64,000 nt of DNA from Candidatus Dormiibacterota bacterium (lineage in GTDB: Bacteria > Chloroflexota > Dormibacteria > Dormibacterales > Dormibacteraceae), in the NCBI GenBank assembly GCA_003169845.1, contig PNAG01000028.1, forward strand, positions 19,490-83,489. The letters run 5' to 3'. The notes under the pieces were generated by a model. That model made no database searches and was not told the origin of the DNA. It saw only the letters and a list, made by a program, of their open reading frames with translations. Positions 9,191 through 20,268 of the stretch are shown here, in pieces; the stretch's first letter is position 1, and each line of letters starts with the position of its first letter. Made by a program: the position numbers and the translations under genes.

Positions 9191-9777
9191 GAGGTGAGCC
9201 GGTCGAACACCATTTGCGACCACGACTCCATCTCGAGGTAATGGATCCGCATCTCATCCAGGGTCATGAGCTCGCCGGCCAGCTTCGTGGTCTCGCGAAT
9301 GGCGATGTTGGGCGAGTCCCCGTCGACGAGAAAAACCACGCCGAGGTGCACCTTCGACACGGGCGCCGACTCGTCGTTCAAGAGCCCGATCAGCTCGGCC
9401 TCGAACCGGCCGTCATAGACCACCTCCTCCGCCCATTCACGCTTGAGGCCGTCGAGGATGGGGTCGCCGGCGTCGAGGTCACCCGGGTTGATGTGGCCGC
9501 CGATGCCAAGCGAGTACTGCTTGCGCAGCCGCTTCTCAGACGAGGCGCGGAGGCGATGCGTGAGGAAGTAGCGGTCAGCGTGCCGGAACACGACATACGG
9601 GATTATCTGCTGGAAGTTGGGGTCGTCTTCGACCTCCGAGCGCGGCTTGAAGAAGTGGCGCTCGCGGATCACCGCCTGGTGGCGCTCGAGGTCCTGGCTC
9701 ACGAAGCCGTGCCACGCGCCATCAGGAAATATGTCCTCACGCTTCACGCAGAGCACCTGCTCGGAGGCGTTGCTCAA
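9187..9777 (-). CDS. NUDIX/MutT-like predicted phosphoesterase
   Basis: NUDIX-box-like segment GIGGHINPGD...LKREWAEEV. TTG start at 9777 with AGGTGG 7 nt upstream and a TTGA overlap with the upstream stop. The long N-terminal part of ORF 9187..9939 overlaps the neighbouring gene. Confidence 0.55.
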   Translation of the reverse strand: MSNASEQVLCVKREDIFPDGAWHGFVSQDLERHQAVIRERHFFKPRSEVEDDPNFQQIIPYVVFRHADRYFLTHRLRASSEKRLRKQYSLGIGGHINPGDLDAGDPILDGLKREWAEEVVYDGRFEAELIGLLNDESAPVSKVHLGVVFLVDGDSPNIAIRETTKLAGELMTLDEMRIHYLEMESWSQMVFDRLTS

Positions 9778-10385
9778 ACGGTCGCCACCTTCCGGATCAG
9801 GCCGCGCCCGAACACCGCGATCAGCTCCGCCGTGCGGTCGATGTCGTCGTCCTGGATCGGCAGGAAGTAGATCCAGGCAGCGCGCTCGGTCTCGGTCGTG
9901 ATCATGGTGCGCGCCGAGTCCGCGCTCGGGTTGCCGCACGGTCCCTCCGCGTCGGCGACGCAGATGCGTCCCGCCACGTTGACATGCTCCTTCCCGATCC
10001 CTGTGTAACCCTCACCTGCGGCGCCGAGGCGGATCACGAGCTCATCTCCCTTCACCTTGTCGAGGTCATACAGGCCGACCGGCACCTGCAGCTGCACCGA
10101 CAGCGCGTTGGCGACGTCCACCAGCGAGTTTATGCGCGGCAGCGGCTCGCCTTTCTTGAGGCGCCGGAGGAGGGCTTCGGACGATGGGCGGACACGTGTC
10201 GGATCCAGGCCGAAACGCCGGTAGAGCTCGCGGGCTCGATCCACAGCGCCAACCTCGCCGGATTTCGCGACCTGCATAGTCCGTGCCACCTCGAGCTCGA
10301 AGTCATCGCGCGGGGCTGTGACCTCGAGCTCGTACAGCTCGAGCACGTCCGGCTCGATGTTGATCTCGCAACGGACCTTCAACAC
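9774..10385 (-). CDS. Stand-alone B3/B4 (PheRS-beta editing-like) domain protein
   Basis: The pattern INSLVDVANALSVQLQVPVGLYDLDKV.GDELVIR....GE matches the B3_4 domain. GTG start overlaps the aroA stop (GTGTTGA). Confidence 0.65.
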   Translation of the reverse strand: MLKVRCEINIEPDVLELYELEVTAPRDDFELEVARTMQVAKSGEVGAVDRARELYRRFGLDPTRVRPSSEALLRRLKKGEPLPRINSLVDVANALSVQLQVPVGLYDLDKVKGDELVIRLGAAGEGYTGIGKEHVNVAGRICVADAEGPCGNPSADSARTMITTETERAAWIYFLPIQDDDIDRTAELIAVFGRGLIRKVATV

Positions 10386-11647
10386 AGGTATTCGAGGTGG
10401 TCGAAGAAATCCGGGTAGGAGATCTCCACGCATTCCGCGCCGTCGATCTCGGTCCTTCCGTCCGCGATGAGACCCGCGACCGCGAGCGCCATCGCCACAC
10501 GGTGATCGCCATGCGCGCTGACCTTTGCGCCTTCCAGGTATCGGGGCCCGTTGATGACCCAACCGTCTTCGACCGCGGTGATGTCCGCGCCCATCGCGGT
10601 AAGGCCCTCTTCCATCGCCTCGATGCGGTTCGACTCCTTGACACGCAGCTCGGCAGCGCCCGAAATCACGGTTCGCCCTGCAATCTGCGTCGCCACGACC
10701 GCCAGCACAGGGAGCTCGTCGATCATCTCGGCCGCCTGGTCCCCGCTGACTTGAAGTGCGCGCAAGGCGACAGCCGATGTCACGTCGAGGTCTGCGACCG
10801 GCTCGCCACCCGCGAAGCGCGAGTTGGAGAACTTGATCTGGAAACCACAGCCCAGCAGCAGGTCGATGAATGCGGTCCTGGTCGGATTCACGCCCACGCC
10901 CTCCAGCCGCACGCGCGAACCCGGCATCAGCCCGGCCGCCACCAGCCAGAAAGCCGCGGCGCTCAGGTCGCCAGGGATGTCCAGGTCAAGTGGCTCGAGC
11001 CGGCTAGCGGGTGTGAGCTGGACTCGCACTCCTTCGACCTCGACAGCCGCGCCCATCGCTCGCAGCATCAGCTCCGTGTGATCCCTCGTCCTCACGGGTT
11101 CGACCACCGATGTCGCGCCGTCGGCGAACAGGGCGGCGATGAGGATCGCGGACTTCACCTGCGCGCTCGGCTTTGCCATCGTGTGGCTGAAACCATGCAG
11201 CGGAGTCTGGCCTCCGACTCGAAGGGGCGGCCAGCTCGCGCGCGCGCCCATCTCGGAAAGAGGCGACACCACCCGGTCCATCGGGCGGCGCGACAGCGAC
11301 TCGTCGCCGACGAGCTCGCTCTCGAAGTCCTGCGCCGCGAGCAGGCCGGCGAGCAGGCGCATCGTCGTCCCGGAGTTCCCGCAGTCGAGCGGACCTCCGG
11401 CACGACGAAGGCCGTTCATTCCGCACCCGTCGAGCACGGAGCCGTTGAACTGCGCGCCGAGCTCCTCCACACAGCGCGACGTCGACTGCACGTCCGCGCC
11501 GGGCGACAGGCCCCGCAGGTGGCTCCGGCCCGAGGCGATGGATCCGAGGATCAGCGCCCGGTGCGAGATCGACTTGTCGCCCGGCACGCGAATCGCACCA
11601 TCAAGCCGGCGCGCTGGTCGAACCGTCGCGATCATCGCTTGGTCCAC
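10379..11647 (-). CDS. aroA: 3-phosphoshikimate 1-carboxyvinyltransferase (EPSP synthase)
   Basis: 422 aa with motifs PGDKSISHR, GNSGTTMRLL, KESNR. Confidence 0.95.
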   Translation of the reverse strand: MDQAMIATVRPARRLDGAIRVPGDKSISHRALILGSIASGRSHLRGLSPGADVQSTSRCVEELGAQFNGSVLDGCGMNGLRRAGGPLDCGNSGTTMRLLAGLLAAQDFESELVGDESLSRRPMDRVVSPLSEMGARASWPPLRVGGQTPLHGFSHTMAKPSAQVKSAILIAALFADGATSVVEPVRTRDHTELMLRAMGAAVEVEGVRVQLTPASRLEPLDLDIPGDLSAAAFWLVAAGLMPGSRVRLEGVGVNPTRTAFIDLLLGCGFQIKFSNSRFAGGEPVADLDVTSAVALRALQVSGDQAAEMIDELPVLAVVATQIAGRTVISGAAELRVKESNRIEAMEEGLTAMGADITAVEDGWVINGPRYLEGAKVSAHGDHRVAMALAVAGLIADGRTEIDGAECVEISYPDFFDHLEYLC

Positions 11648-12474
11648 CGCTCGCGCACGGCATGCGCCTCCTCGAACAGCTCCACGAGGCGCGCGTCGTC
11701 CGCCTCAAGGTGCCGGCGCAGCCGTGCCAGCTCGGCCGTGATGGCGTCGAGCTGCTCCACGAGGTTCACCCGGTTCGTACGCGCGACACTCGCATAGAGC
11801 TCAGGGTCGCCCGATGCAAGGCGGCTCATGTCGCGGAACCCGCCCGCCGCCAGCCGCGACGCCTCGGGCCAGTCGGAGCGCCGAGAGAGGGCGAGCACGT
11901 ACCCGACCGAGAGGAGGAACGCGGCGTGGCTCACCCCGGCGACCAGCCGGTCATGCGTTTCAGCATCCATCACGAGCGGGTGCGCGCCCACCGCCTCGAT
12001 CAGGTCGATCAGCACCGGCTCGCTGCGGGTCAGCACCCACGGCGCGTCCTTGAACACCGACGCGTCCGCGGCGTCGATGCCGGAGGTCTCTTTGCCGCAC
12101 ATCGGGTGACCGCCGACCAGGTCGATGCCCGCCGCCGCCGCCCACTCCATCACGCCGGCCTTGGTGCTGGCCATGTCGGTCACCACCTTTCCATGCGTCC
12201 TGCCGGACAGCTGGGCGAAAACGTCGCGCATGGCCCGGATCGGCGCACCGATGACGATGACCTCGGCCATTTCGACGACGCTCGCGTCGGCGCTCGCGCT
12301 GGCGACGATGCCGCGATCCAGCGCCTTGCGCAGCGTCATGGAATCCGTGTCGCTCCCGACGATCACGGTCTCGGGCCGCGCCTCCTTGAGCGCGAGAGCG
12401 AATGACGCGCCCATCAGGCCGAGCCCCACGACGGCGACCGTCGACACTCTAGGCGAGCTGCTTGGCCATCGCAA
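11632..12474 (-). CDS. tyrA: Prephenate dehydrogenase
   Basis: Rossmann motif VAVVGLGLMG and GGHPMCG motif. An alternative GTG start at 12447 lies just after the upstream stop. Confidence 0.85.
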   Translation of the reverse strand: MRWPSSSPRVSTVAVVGLGLMGASFALALKEARPETVIVGSDTDSMTLRKALDRGIVASASADASVVEMAEVIVIGAPIRAMRDVFAQLSGRTHGKVVTDMASTKAGVMEWAAAAGIDLVGGHPMCGKETSGIDAADASVFKDAPWVLTRSEPVLIDLIEAVGAHPLVMDAETHDRLVAGVSHAAFLLSVGYVLALSRRSDWPEASRLAAGGFRDMSRLASGDPELYASVARTNRVNLVEQLDAITAELARLRRHLEADDARLVELFEEAHAVRERWTKR

Positions 12475-13465
12475 CCAACATGCGCCGCAGGTCCGACATC
12501 AGCAGGTCGAAGGCCGCGAAGTCGAGCGACTGGGCGCCGTCCGACAGCGCCTGGTTGGGCGTCGGGTGCACCTCCACGATCAGGCCGTGAGCGCCCGCCG
12601 CCACCGCCGCCAGCGACATCGGCCGCACCAGCGACCAGCGCCCGGTCGCCTGCGACGGATCTACGACGATCGGTAGGTGCGACAGCTCGCGGGCGAGCGG
12701 AATCGCGTTGAGGTCCAGCGTGAAGCGCGTCGCCGTCTCGAACGTGCGGATGCCCCGCTCGCAGAGGATCACGTCCCGGTTGCCCTGGGACAGGATGTAC
12801 TCCGCGGCCAGGAGCCATTCCTCGATCGTCGAGGACATGCCCCGCTTGAGGAGCACCGGCTTGCCAGACCGTCCAGCCTCCTGCAGCAGGGCGTAGTTCT
12901 GCATGTTGCGCGTGCCGAGTTGAAGGATGTCCGCGTACCGAGCCACGAGCTCGACGTCGCCCGGCGCCACGACCTCGGTCACGACCTTCAACCCCGTCTC
13001 GTCGCGCGCGGTCGCCATCATCTTCAGAGCCGCCTCGCCAAGGCCCTGGAACGAGTACGGCGATGTCCGCGGCTTGAACGCGCCTCCGCGCAGGATGCGC
13101 GCGCCTTGTTTCGCAACGTGGCGTGCCGTTTCGAGGAGCATCTCCTCACCTTCGACCGAGCATGGGCCGGCCATCATCACAACCTCGTCGCCTCCGATCT
13201 TGACCCCTCCCACGTCGACCACCGTGTTGACCGGGCGGAACTCGCGACTCGCGAGCTTGAAGGGCTTGGTGATCGGGATGATTTCGTGGATGCCTCCGAG
13301 GTGCGAGAACGCCTCCTTGTAGGCGTAGGCGTTCCCGCCGATCACCCCGACCAGCGTCCGCTCCTCGCCCTTCGACAGCTCGGTCTTGAGACCGATCTCG
13401 TGGACGCGGTCGACCACGGCATCTACCTCTCCCTTGGTCGCTCCGTGCGACATGACGATGATCAC
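12449..13465 (-). CDS. aroF: 3-deoxy-7-phosphoheptulonate (DAHP) synthase, type I-beta with N-terminal ferredoxin-like regulatory domain
   Basis: 338 aa when started at the GTG that overlaps the aroH stop (GTGA). Motifs AGPCSVE and LRGGAFKPRTSPYSFQG. Confidence 0.9.
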   Translation of the reverse strand: MIIVMSHGATKGEVDAVVDRVHEIGLKTELSKGEERTLVGVIGGNAYAYKEAFSHLGGIHEIIPITKPFKLASREFRPVNTVVDVGGVKIGGDEVVMMAGPCSVEGEEMLLETARHVAKQGARILRGGAFKPRTSPYSFQGLGEAALKMMATARDETGLKVVTEVVAPGDVELVARYADILQLGTRNMQNYALLQEAGRSGKPVLLKRGMSSTIEEWLLAAEYILSQGNRDVILCERGIRTFETATRFTLDLNAIPLARELSHLPIVVDPSQATGRWSLVRPMSLAAVAAGAHGLIVEVHPTPNQALSDGAQSLDFAAFDLLMSDLRRMLVAMAKQLA

Positions 13466-13857
13466 TGGATGAGCGTCCCCCGCAGATGCTCGAGGTCGGC
13501 CTTGATCGCCTGCGCACCGCGCAGATAGGCGAAGCGCATCGCCGATTGGGGCAGGGGCGTGTTGTACAGGAGCAGGGCCCGCACGCACATCTGCACCCCG
13601 CGCGGATTTGGCAGCTGAACGTCCATGTCATGACCGCACAGAAGTGGCACGTCGGTCCAGCCAATCCGGCGCGCGGCGAACGCCGGGAACTCGGCCGTCA
13701 GGTCGTGCGTGGTCGTCAAGTACGCGAAGCAGATCTCGGCGGTGTCGAGGTCGTTGAGGCGCACCAGCTCGCGCAGCAGCTCCTCCGTGGCCTCCGTGAT
13801 CGACTCCGCCGTGTTCGCCGTGGCGGTCGTCGCCCCCCTGATTCCTCTTACCGGCAA
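13462..13857 (-). CDS. aroH: Chorismate mutase, AroH class
   Basis: 131 aa. [10 protein letters not shown]...LTTTHDLTAEFPA aligns with the B. subtilis AroH N-terminus. TTG start with AAGGAG 11 nt upstream. The 400 aa ORF 13462..14664 is mostly overlap with trpA. Confidence 0.8.
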   Translation of the reverse strand: MPVRGIRGATTATANTAESITEATEELLRELVRLNDLDTAEICFAYLTTTHDLTAEFPAFAARRIGWTDVPLLCGHDMDVQLPNPRGVQMCVRALLLYNTPLPQSAMRFAYLRGAQAIKADLEHLRGTLIQ

Positions 13858-14621
13858 CCCTTCAGCAACTCCTTGATCAGTGCGACCGGGTCGCCGCCAC
13901 GGTCGATCTCGTCGACGACCGCGCTGCCCACCACCGCCGCATCCGCGACCCCGCGCAGGGCCTTCATGTGCTCGGGCCGGGAGATGCCGAAGCCCGCTGC
14001 GATCGGCAGCTGCGTATGCCGTCGAACCTGTCCGAAGAGCTCTTTCATTCCAGGCGGCAGGTCTTTTCGCACCCCGGTGATTCCGGTCACGGTGACGCAG
14101 TAGACAAAACCGCTCGAGTGCTCGCAGATCGACGCGAGCCTGTCCTCGGTGGTGGTCGGCGCCACCATGAACACCGTGTCGAGCGACGCGGCTCGCAGCC
14201 AGCCGGCCACCGGCTCGGACTCCTCGACCGGGAGGTCCGGGACGATCACGCCCGCGACGCCGGCCTGCGCCGCCTCGGCGGCGAACCGCCTGGGGTCGTG
14301 CGCCAGCACCGGGTTGATGTAGGTCATGAGGACGACCGGGACGCCCTCGGTCGCGATCGCGGCAGCCACCTCGAGCGCGCCCGCCACGTTCATGCCGTGT
14401 TCGAGCGCGATCTGTCCGGCGCGCTGGATCACGGGACCGTCGGCGAGCGGGTCGGAGAACGGGATCCCGATCTCGAGCGCGGCAATGCCCGAGCCGGCGA
14501 GCCTCTTCCCCGCCTCGATCGATCGCTTCTTGTCGGGATGCCCGGCCATCATGTAGGCGACGAGCTTCAGGTCGCCGGTGGCGCGCAGCGCCTGCTCCAA
14601 CGACTTGGTATCCGTCTTCAT
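13848..14621 (-). CDS. trpA: Tryptophan synthase alpha chain
   Basis: 257 aa from MKTDTK. Motif [21 protein letters not shown] overlap with trpB. Confidence 0.95.
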   Translation of the reverse strand: MKTDTKSLEQALRATGDLKLVAYMMAGHPDKKRSIEAGKRLAGSGIAALEIGIPFSDPLADGPVIQRAGQIALEHGMNVAGALEVAAAIATEGVPVVLMTYINPVLAHDPRRFAAEAAQAGVAGVIVPDLPVEESEPVAGWLRAASLDTVFMVAPTTTEDRLASICEHSSGFVYCVTVTGITGVRKDLPPGMKELFGQVRRHTQLPIAAGFGISRPEHMKALRGVADAAVVGSAVVDEIDRGGDPVALIKELLKGCR

Positions 14622-15817
14622 TGATCGCCCTGCTCTTCGACCGAGTCCATGTCCTTGTCGCCACGCCCCGACAGGCACACGAGGATCCGGCCGCCCGGCC
14701 CCATCTCGCGCGCCATCACGCCCGCGTGGTGCAGCGCGTGAGCCGGCTCGAGCGCCGGCATGATGCCCTCCAGCCGCGTGCACAGCTTGAATGCGGCGAG
14801 AGCGTCCTTGTCCGTAACGGCGACGTACTCGACCCGCTCGATGTCCCGCAGGAAGGAGTGTTCCGGACCCACGCCGGGATAGTCGAGCCCGGCGGAGATG
14901 GAGTGAGTGGGCAGCACCTGCCCATCGCCGTCCTGCAGTAGGTAGGAGTAGCTGCCATGCAGGACGCCTGGGCGCCCGCCGACGAGTGAGGCCGCGTGCT
15001 GTCCTGTCTTGACGCCTTTTCCGGCGGCCTCGACTCCAACCAGCATCACGTCCTTGTCATCGAGGAAGGCGGTGAAGATTCCGATCGCGTTGGACCCGCC
15101 TCCGACGCACGCGACCACCACGTCGGGCAGCTTGCCGTCGACCGAAAGGTACTGGTCTCGGGCCTCGTCGCCGATCACGCGCTGCAGGTCGCGCACCATC
15201 TCCGGGTAGGGGTGCGGCCCGACCACCGAACCGATGATGTAGTGAGTCGTGCGCACGTTGGTGACCCAGTCGCGGATCGCCTCGGACGTCGCGTCCTTCA
15301 ATGTCTTGGTGCCGCTCGTCACCTCGACGACCTCGGCTCCCAGGAGCTTCATGCGCCGCACGTTCATCGACTGCCTGCGCATGTCCTCGGTGCCCATGTA
15401 GACGGTGCACTCGAGCCCGAACCTCGCGCTGACTGTCGCGGCGGCCACCCCGTGCTGGCCGGCTCCCGTCTCGGCGATGACCCGCTTCTTGCCCATCCGC
15501 AGCGCCAGCAGCGCCTGGCCGACGGCGTTGTTGAGCTTGTGCGCGCCCGTGTGGCACAGGTCCTCTCGCTTCAGGTGGATGTGGGCGCCGCCGAAGTGCT
15601 CGCCCAGCCGGGTCGCGGCGTAGAGCGGAGTCGGCCGCCCGACAAAGGCGTGGCGGTGGCCGGCCAGCTCGAGCTGGAACTGAGGGTCGGCCTTGGCCTC
15701 GTGCCAGATGTCCTCGAGCTCTTGCAGCGCGCTCATCAGCGTCTCCGGCACGTAGCGGCCGCCGTAGGCGCCGTAGCGTCCGTCGACCGGGTGGGTCGGA
15801 GCGTTGCGCGCCATCAC
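14618..15817 (-). CDS. trpB: Tryptophan synthase beta chain
   Basis: 399 aa with motifs [28 protein letters not shown]. Confidence 0.97.
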   Translation of the reverse strand: MMARNAPTHPVDGRYGAYGGRYVPETLMSALQELEDIWHEAKADPQFQLELAGHRHAFVGRPTPLYAATRLGEHFGGAHIHLKREDLCHTGAHKLNNAVGQALLALRMGKKRVIAETGAGQHGVAAATVSARFGLECTVYMGTEDMRRQSMNVRRMKLLGAEVVEVTSGTKTLKDATSEAIRDWVTNVRTTHYIIGSVVGPHPYPEMVRDLQRVIGDEARDQYLSVDGKLPDVVVACVGGGSNAIGIFTAFLDDKDVMLVGVEAAGKGVKTGQHAASLVGGRPGVLHGSYSYLLQDGDGQVLPTHSISAGLDYPGVGPEHSFLRDIERVEYVAVTDKDALAAFKLCTRLEGIMPALEPAHALHHAGVMAREMGPGGRILVCLSGRGDKDMDSVEEQGDQ

Positions 15818-16422
15818 ATCAAGGCCTCGGCCAGGCGGACGGCGTGCACGAAAGCGCGCACCTTGTCCGGGTCCTTGACCCGTACCGATGACTCGACACC
15901 GCTTGAAACGTCGACCCCATAGGGCCTGAATCCGCTCACGACCTTGCCCACGTTACCCGGTTCAAGACCACCGGCGATGAACACCTTGCGCGTGGCCAGC
16001 AGCGGGCGGGCGAGCTCCCAGTCCCAGGCCAGCCCCGTACCGCCCCGCTGGTCGGCCGACCACGAGTCGAGCATCACGGGGTCGGGCCAGGCGTCGGCGT
16101 CGGGTATCTCGCCGTCCTTCACTTTCAATACTTTCATCACCGGCCGGCCCGCTTCGAAGCCCGGCGGCTCAGAGCCGTGAAGCTGCAGCAGGTCCAGGCC
16201 CGCGAACTCGGCAATCTGCCGGACCTCTTCCTGCTCCTGGTCGATGAACACGCCGACGATCTGCGGCCGCAGCGCCAGGGCGTCGATGATCGCCTTCGCC
16301 TCCTCGGGCGTGATGCGGCGCTGCGACGAGCAGAAATGGAACCCGATGAGGTCGGCGCCCGCCTCGACGGCCGCCGCCGCACCCGCGGCGTCGCAGATGC
16401 CGCAGATCTTCACCTGGACCAC
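15814..16422 (-). CDS. trpF: Phosphoribosylanthranilate isomerase
   Basis: 202 aa with the typical N-terminus MVQVKICGI. Confidence 0.9.
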   Translation of the reverse strand: MVQVKICGICDAAGAAAAVEAGADLIGFHFCSSQRRITPEEAKAIIDALALRPQIVGVFIDQEQEEVRQIAEFAGLDLLQLHGSEPPGFEAGRPVMKVLKVKDGEIPDADAWPDPVMLDSWSADQRGGTGLAWDWELARPLLATRKVFIAGGLEPGNVGKVVSGFRPYGVDVSSGVESSVRVKDPDKVRAFVHAVRLAEALM

Positions 16423-17225
16423 GCGGTCAGCTCCCTGATCCGCAGCTCGGGCTTCTCGGCGCGCATGAGCGCCTCCCCGACCAGGATCGCATTTGCACCG
16501 CCCTCGTACACCCGACGCGCGTCCTCCGCGTCGTGTATGCCGCTCTCGGCCACGACCAGCACGCTGGACGGGATCAGCTTGCGCAGGCGTTCGGTCAGGC
16601 CGAGGTCGACCTCAAATGTGCGCAGGTCGCGATGGTTCACGCCGATCAGCACGGCGCCCGCCTCGAGGGCGATCGCGGTCTCCGCCTCGTCATGCACCTC
16701 CACCAGGGCACCCATCCCACGGCTCTTGACCACGGCGAGCATCTCGACCAGATGAGGCCTGTCCAGGGCCGCCACGATGAGCAACACTGCGTCGGCCCCC
16801 GCGGCCCTCGCCTCGGCGATCTCCCATGGGTCGGTCACGAAGTCCTTACGCAGGATTGGCAGGCTGGTGGCCGCGCGCGCCGCCATGACGTGCTCGGGCC
16901 GCCCGCCGAATCCGGCCATGTGCGTCAGCACCGAGATCGCCGCGGCTCCGCCATCCGTGTAGGCATGTGCGAGGTCGGCGGGCCGGTAGTCCTCGACCAG
17001 CACGCCCATGCTCGGCGTTCGCTGCTTCATTTCGGCGATCACTGACAGGCCGGGTCCGCGCAGCGCGCCGGCGAAGTCCTTTGGGGTGTAGGCGGCCACT
17101 GCGCGCTCGAACTGGTCCTGCGCGATCAACGCCCGGCGCCGCTGAAGATCCTGCCTCGCCTCCACGACCAGGCGCGACAGGAGGTCCTTTTGCTCCTGGC
17201 TCACTCCTGGGAGATTTTCGCCCAC
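16410..17225 (-). CDS. trpC: Indole-3-glycerol phosphate synthase
   Basis: 271 aa with motifs VIAEMKQRTPS, ISVLT, LLIVA, GVNHRDL. Confidence 0.93.
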   Translation of the reverse strand: MGENLPGVSQEQKDLLSRLVVEARQDLQRRRALIAQDQFERAVAAYTPKDFAGALRGPGLSVIAEMKQRTPSMGVLVEDYRPADLAHAYTDGGAAAISVLTHMAGFGGRPEHVMAARAATSLPILRKDFVTDPWEIAEARAAGADAVLLIVAALDRPHLVEMLAVVKSRGMGALVEVHDEAETAIALEAGAVLIGVNHRDLRTFEVDLGLTERLRKLIPSSVLVVAESGIHDAEDARRVYEGGANAILVGEALMRAEKPELRIRELTAWSR

Positions 17226-18198
17226 CGCGATAGGACATCGCCCGCGCGGCCGGAGTCGATCGCCTGCGCGGCGAGGCCAAGTCCGTCTTTCCAGCTGTCC
17301 GCCAAACCCGCCGCCCGAAGGGCCGCGGCAGAGTTCAGCAGCACCACGTCCCGCCGCGGCCCTTTAGCTCCCTGAAGCACCTCGCGAGCGATGCGGGCGT
17401 TCTCTTCCGGCCCGCCGCCGCGCATCGACTCGACCGGCGCCTTGGCCAGGCCGAGCTCGGCCGGGTCCAGTTCGTATTCCTTGCGATCGCCGTCGATCTC
17501 GATCACGAAGGACGGTGAGCTCACCGACAGCTCGTCCATGCCGTCGCCCGCATGGAACACGATCGCGCGCTCGACGCCCAGGCGCACCAGCACGTCGGCC
17601 ATCTTGCCCGCCATCGCTCCATCGGCCACGCCCAGCGCCTGGTACTTCGCGCCCGCCGGGTTGCACAAGGGCCCGAGCACGTTGAAAACGGTGCGCAGGC
17701 CGAGCTCGCGTCGGGGCACTCCGGCGAAGCGAAATGACGGATGGAAGACGGGCGCGAAGAGAAAGCCGATGCCGCCCTCGTCGATGCAGCGCGCCACGCC
17801 TTCCGGGCCAAGGTCGATCTTCACTCCCAGCTGCTCCAGCACGTCGGCCGACCCGCACATCGAAGACGCCGCGCGGTTGCCATGCTTGGCGACCTTTGCC
17901 CCGGATGCCGCGGCGACGATGGCCGAAAGGGTCGAGATGTTGAAGGTCGCGAGGCCGTCCCCGCCGGTCCCACACGTGTCGAGCAGCGCGCCCTCCACCT
18001 CGATCGGCGTCGCCATCGCACGAGCGGTGCGCGCGAAACCAGCGATCTCTTCCGGGCTCTCGCCCTTCATGCGCAGCGCGACGAGAAAGCCGGCGATCTG
18101 GATGGGCGTGGCGTCCCCTCGCATGATCTCCTCGAAGGTGGACGCCGCCTCGTCCTCCGTCAGAGACTCACATCGAACCAACTTTGCGATGGCTTCGA

Positions 18199-18202
<4 letters not shown>
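17201..18202 (-). CDS. trpD: Anthranilate phosphoribosyltransferase
   Basis: 333 aa from the TTG that overlaps the trpG stop (TTGA), with GGAG 8 nt upstream. Motif DTCGTGGDG. Confidence 0.93.
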
Positions 18203-18768
<566 letters not shown>

Positions 18769-20178
18769 CTACATTTCCTCGGCCATCTCGATGGCCTTGA
18801 ACATCGGGGCCGCCTTCTCCTGCGTCTCCTCGAACTCGCGCTCGGGCCGCGAGTCGGCAACGATGCCCGCGCCCACCTGCACGTAAGCAATTCCCTCCGC
18901 GACCACAACGGTGCGGAGCGTGATCGCCATGTCGAGGTTGCCACCGAACCCGACGTAGCCCAGCGAGCCCGCGTACACGCCGCGCTGGTCCGGTTCCAGC
19001 TCCGCGATCACCTCCATGGCCCGAATCTTCGGCGCGCCGGAGACGGTGCCTGCCGGGAACGCCGCGCGCAGCGCATCGATCGAGGTGCATCCATCACGCA
19101 GCTGGCCGCTGACGGTCGATGAGATGTGCATCACGTGCGAGTAGCGCTCGACCTCCATCAGCCGATCCACGCTCACCGTGCCCGGCCGCGCGACCCGGCC
19201 CACGTCGTTGCGGCCGAGGTCGACCAGCATCACGTGCTCGGCCCGCTCCTTCAGGTCGCTGAGCAGCTCCCGCTCGAGGCTTGCGTCTTCGATGGGATCG
19301 GCGCCCCTCCGGCGCGTGCCCGCGAGAGGCCGCGTCTCGACGCGCTTGCCTTCGACCTGGATGAGCTTCTCGGGGGAGGTGCCGACGACGTGGCGATCGC
19401 CCCCCAACGACAGGTAGAACATGTAAGGCGAGGGGTTGATCGCGCGCAGGCAGCGATAGACGTCGAACGGGCTGGCCTCGAGCGGCTTGCGGTAGCGGTG
19501 CGACACGACGATCTGGAAAGCGTCGCCGGCGAGGATGTGCTCCCGCGCCGCGTCGACCATCGCCTCGTACTGACCCCTGGTGACGTTGGACTCCCAGCGC
19601 GTCCCGTCCGCGCCGCGGGGATAAGGCGCCGGCTGGTCCGACGAGAGGCGCCGCTCCATCTCGTCGATGCGGCCCACCGCGGCCTCATAGTCCTCACGGT
19701 CGGGCCGGAGGATGGTGAGCAGCTTCAGCCGACGCGTCACGTGGTCGAAGACGGCCAGGTCGTCCGCACGCAGGAAAGCGCTCTCGGGCATGGGCGGCGA
19801 CGCGCCTTGGGCGACGGGCAAGCGTTCGAAGTGTCGGGCGGTCTCGTAACCGAGATAACCCACCGCCCCACCATGGAATCGCGGAACGCCTTTGACCGGT
19901 GCGGTGACCTCGGCCGCCACAGCGCGCAGCGCGGCCAGCGGATCGTCGCTGGACAGTTCGAGCTCCTTGGGTTCGAAACCGATGAAGGAGTACCGGGCCA
20001 GCCGCTCGCCTCCCTCGACGCTCTCGAGCAGGAAACCTGGAGTTCCCGGCGGGCACAGCAGCGTGTAAGCGCGAACCGGGGTCAGCATGTCGGCCAGCAC
20101 CTCCCGGTACACCGGGATCAGCGCATGGTCTTTGGCGAGCGCCCGGGCTTCCTCCGGGCCAGGTATGCAGTCTCTCAA
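18769..20178 (-). CDS. trpE: Anthranilate synthase component I
   Basis: 469 aa chorismate-binding enzyme core (GAVGYLGYE, GTRRRG, RGVYAGSLGY). TTG start preceded by GAGGAGA. Confidence 0.95.
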   Translation of the reverse strand: MRDCIPGPEEARALAKDHALIPVYREVLADMLTPVRAYTLLCPPGTPGFLLESVEGGERLARYSFIGFEPKELELSSDDPLAALRAVAAEVTAPVKGVPRFHGGAVGYLGYETARHFERLPVAQGASPPMPESAFLRADDLAVFDHVTRRLKLLTILRPDREDYEAAVGRIDEMERRLSSDQPAPYPRGADGTRWESNVTRGQYEAMVDAAREHILAGDAFQIVVSHRYRKPLEASPFDVYRCLRAINPSPYMFYLSLGGDRHVVGTSPEKLIQVEGKRVETRPLAGTRRRGADPIEDASLERELLSDLKERAEHVMLVDLGRNDVGRVARPGTVSVDRLMEVERYSHVMHISSTVSGQLRDGCTSIDALRAAFPAGTVSGAPKIRAMEVIAELEPDQRGVYAGSLGYVGFGGNLDMAITLRTVVVAEGIAYVQVGAGIVADSRPEREFEETQEKAAPMFKAIEMAEEM

Positions 20179-20268
20179 TCTCGTCTCCTCTAGTGCGCCC
20201 GGCGCCTTGTTCTGTGCTGTCCGCGCGACTCACTACGGCCGCGCCGGATGCCAAACAGTATCAGATAA

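Noticed and set aside
13462-14664. The 400 aa ORF as a single protein. The same applies to the long N-terminal extensions of ORFs 12449..13588, 13848..14783, 17201..18541, 9187..9939, 9774..10562, 45141..46109 and 45818..47614.
   Set aside because: Only the C-terminal portions match known families (AroH, DAHPS, TrpA, TrpD, NUDIX-like, B3/B4, response regulator, kinase). The extensions overlap the well-supported upstream genes. In each case a start codon lies within a few nucleotides of the upstream stop, overlapping it in most.
20179-20205. TRAP-like (G/U)AG triplet repeats over the trpE ribosome-binding site (TAG-ag-GAG-ac-GAG-att-GAG).
   Set aside because: There are only four closely spaced triplets (plus two about 45 nt upstream), whereas TRAP sites have 9-11. 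The purine-rich run is adequately explained as the SD (GAGGAGA). TRAP is not expected outside Bacillus-like lineages.
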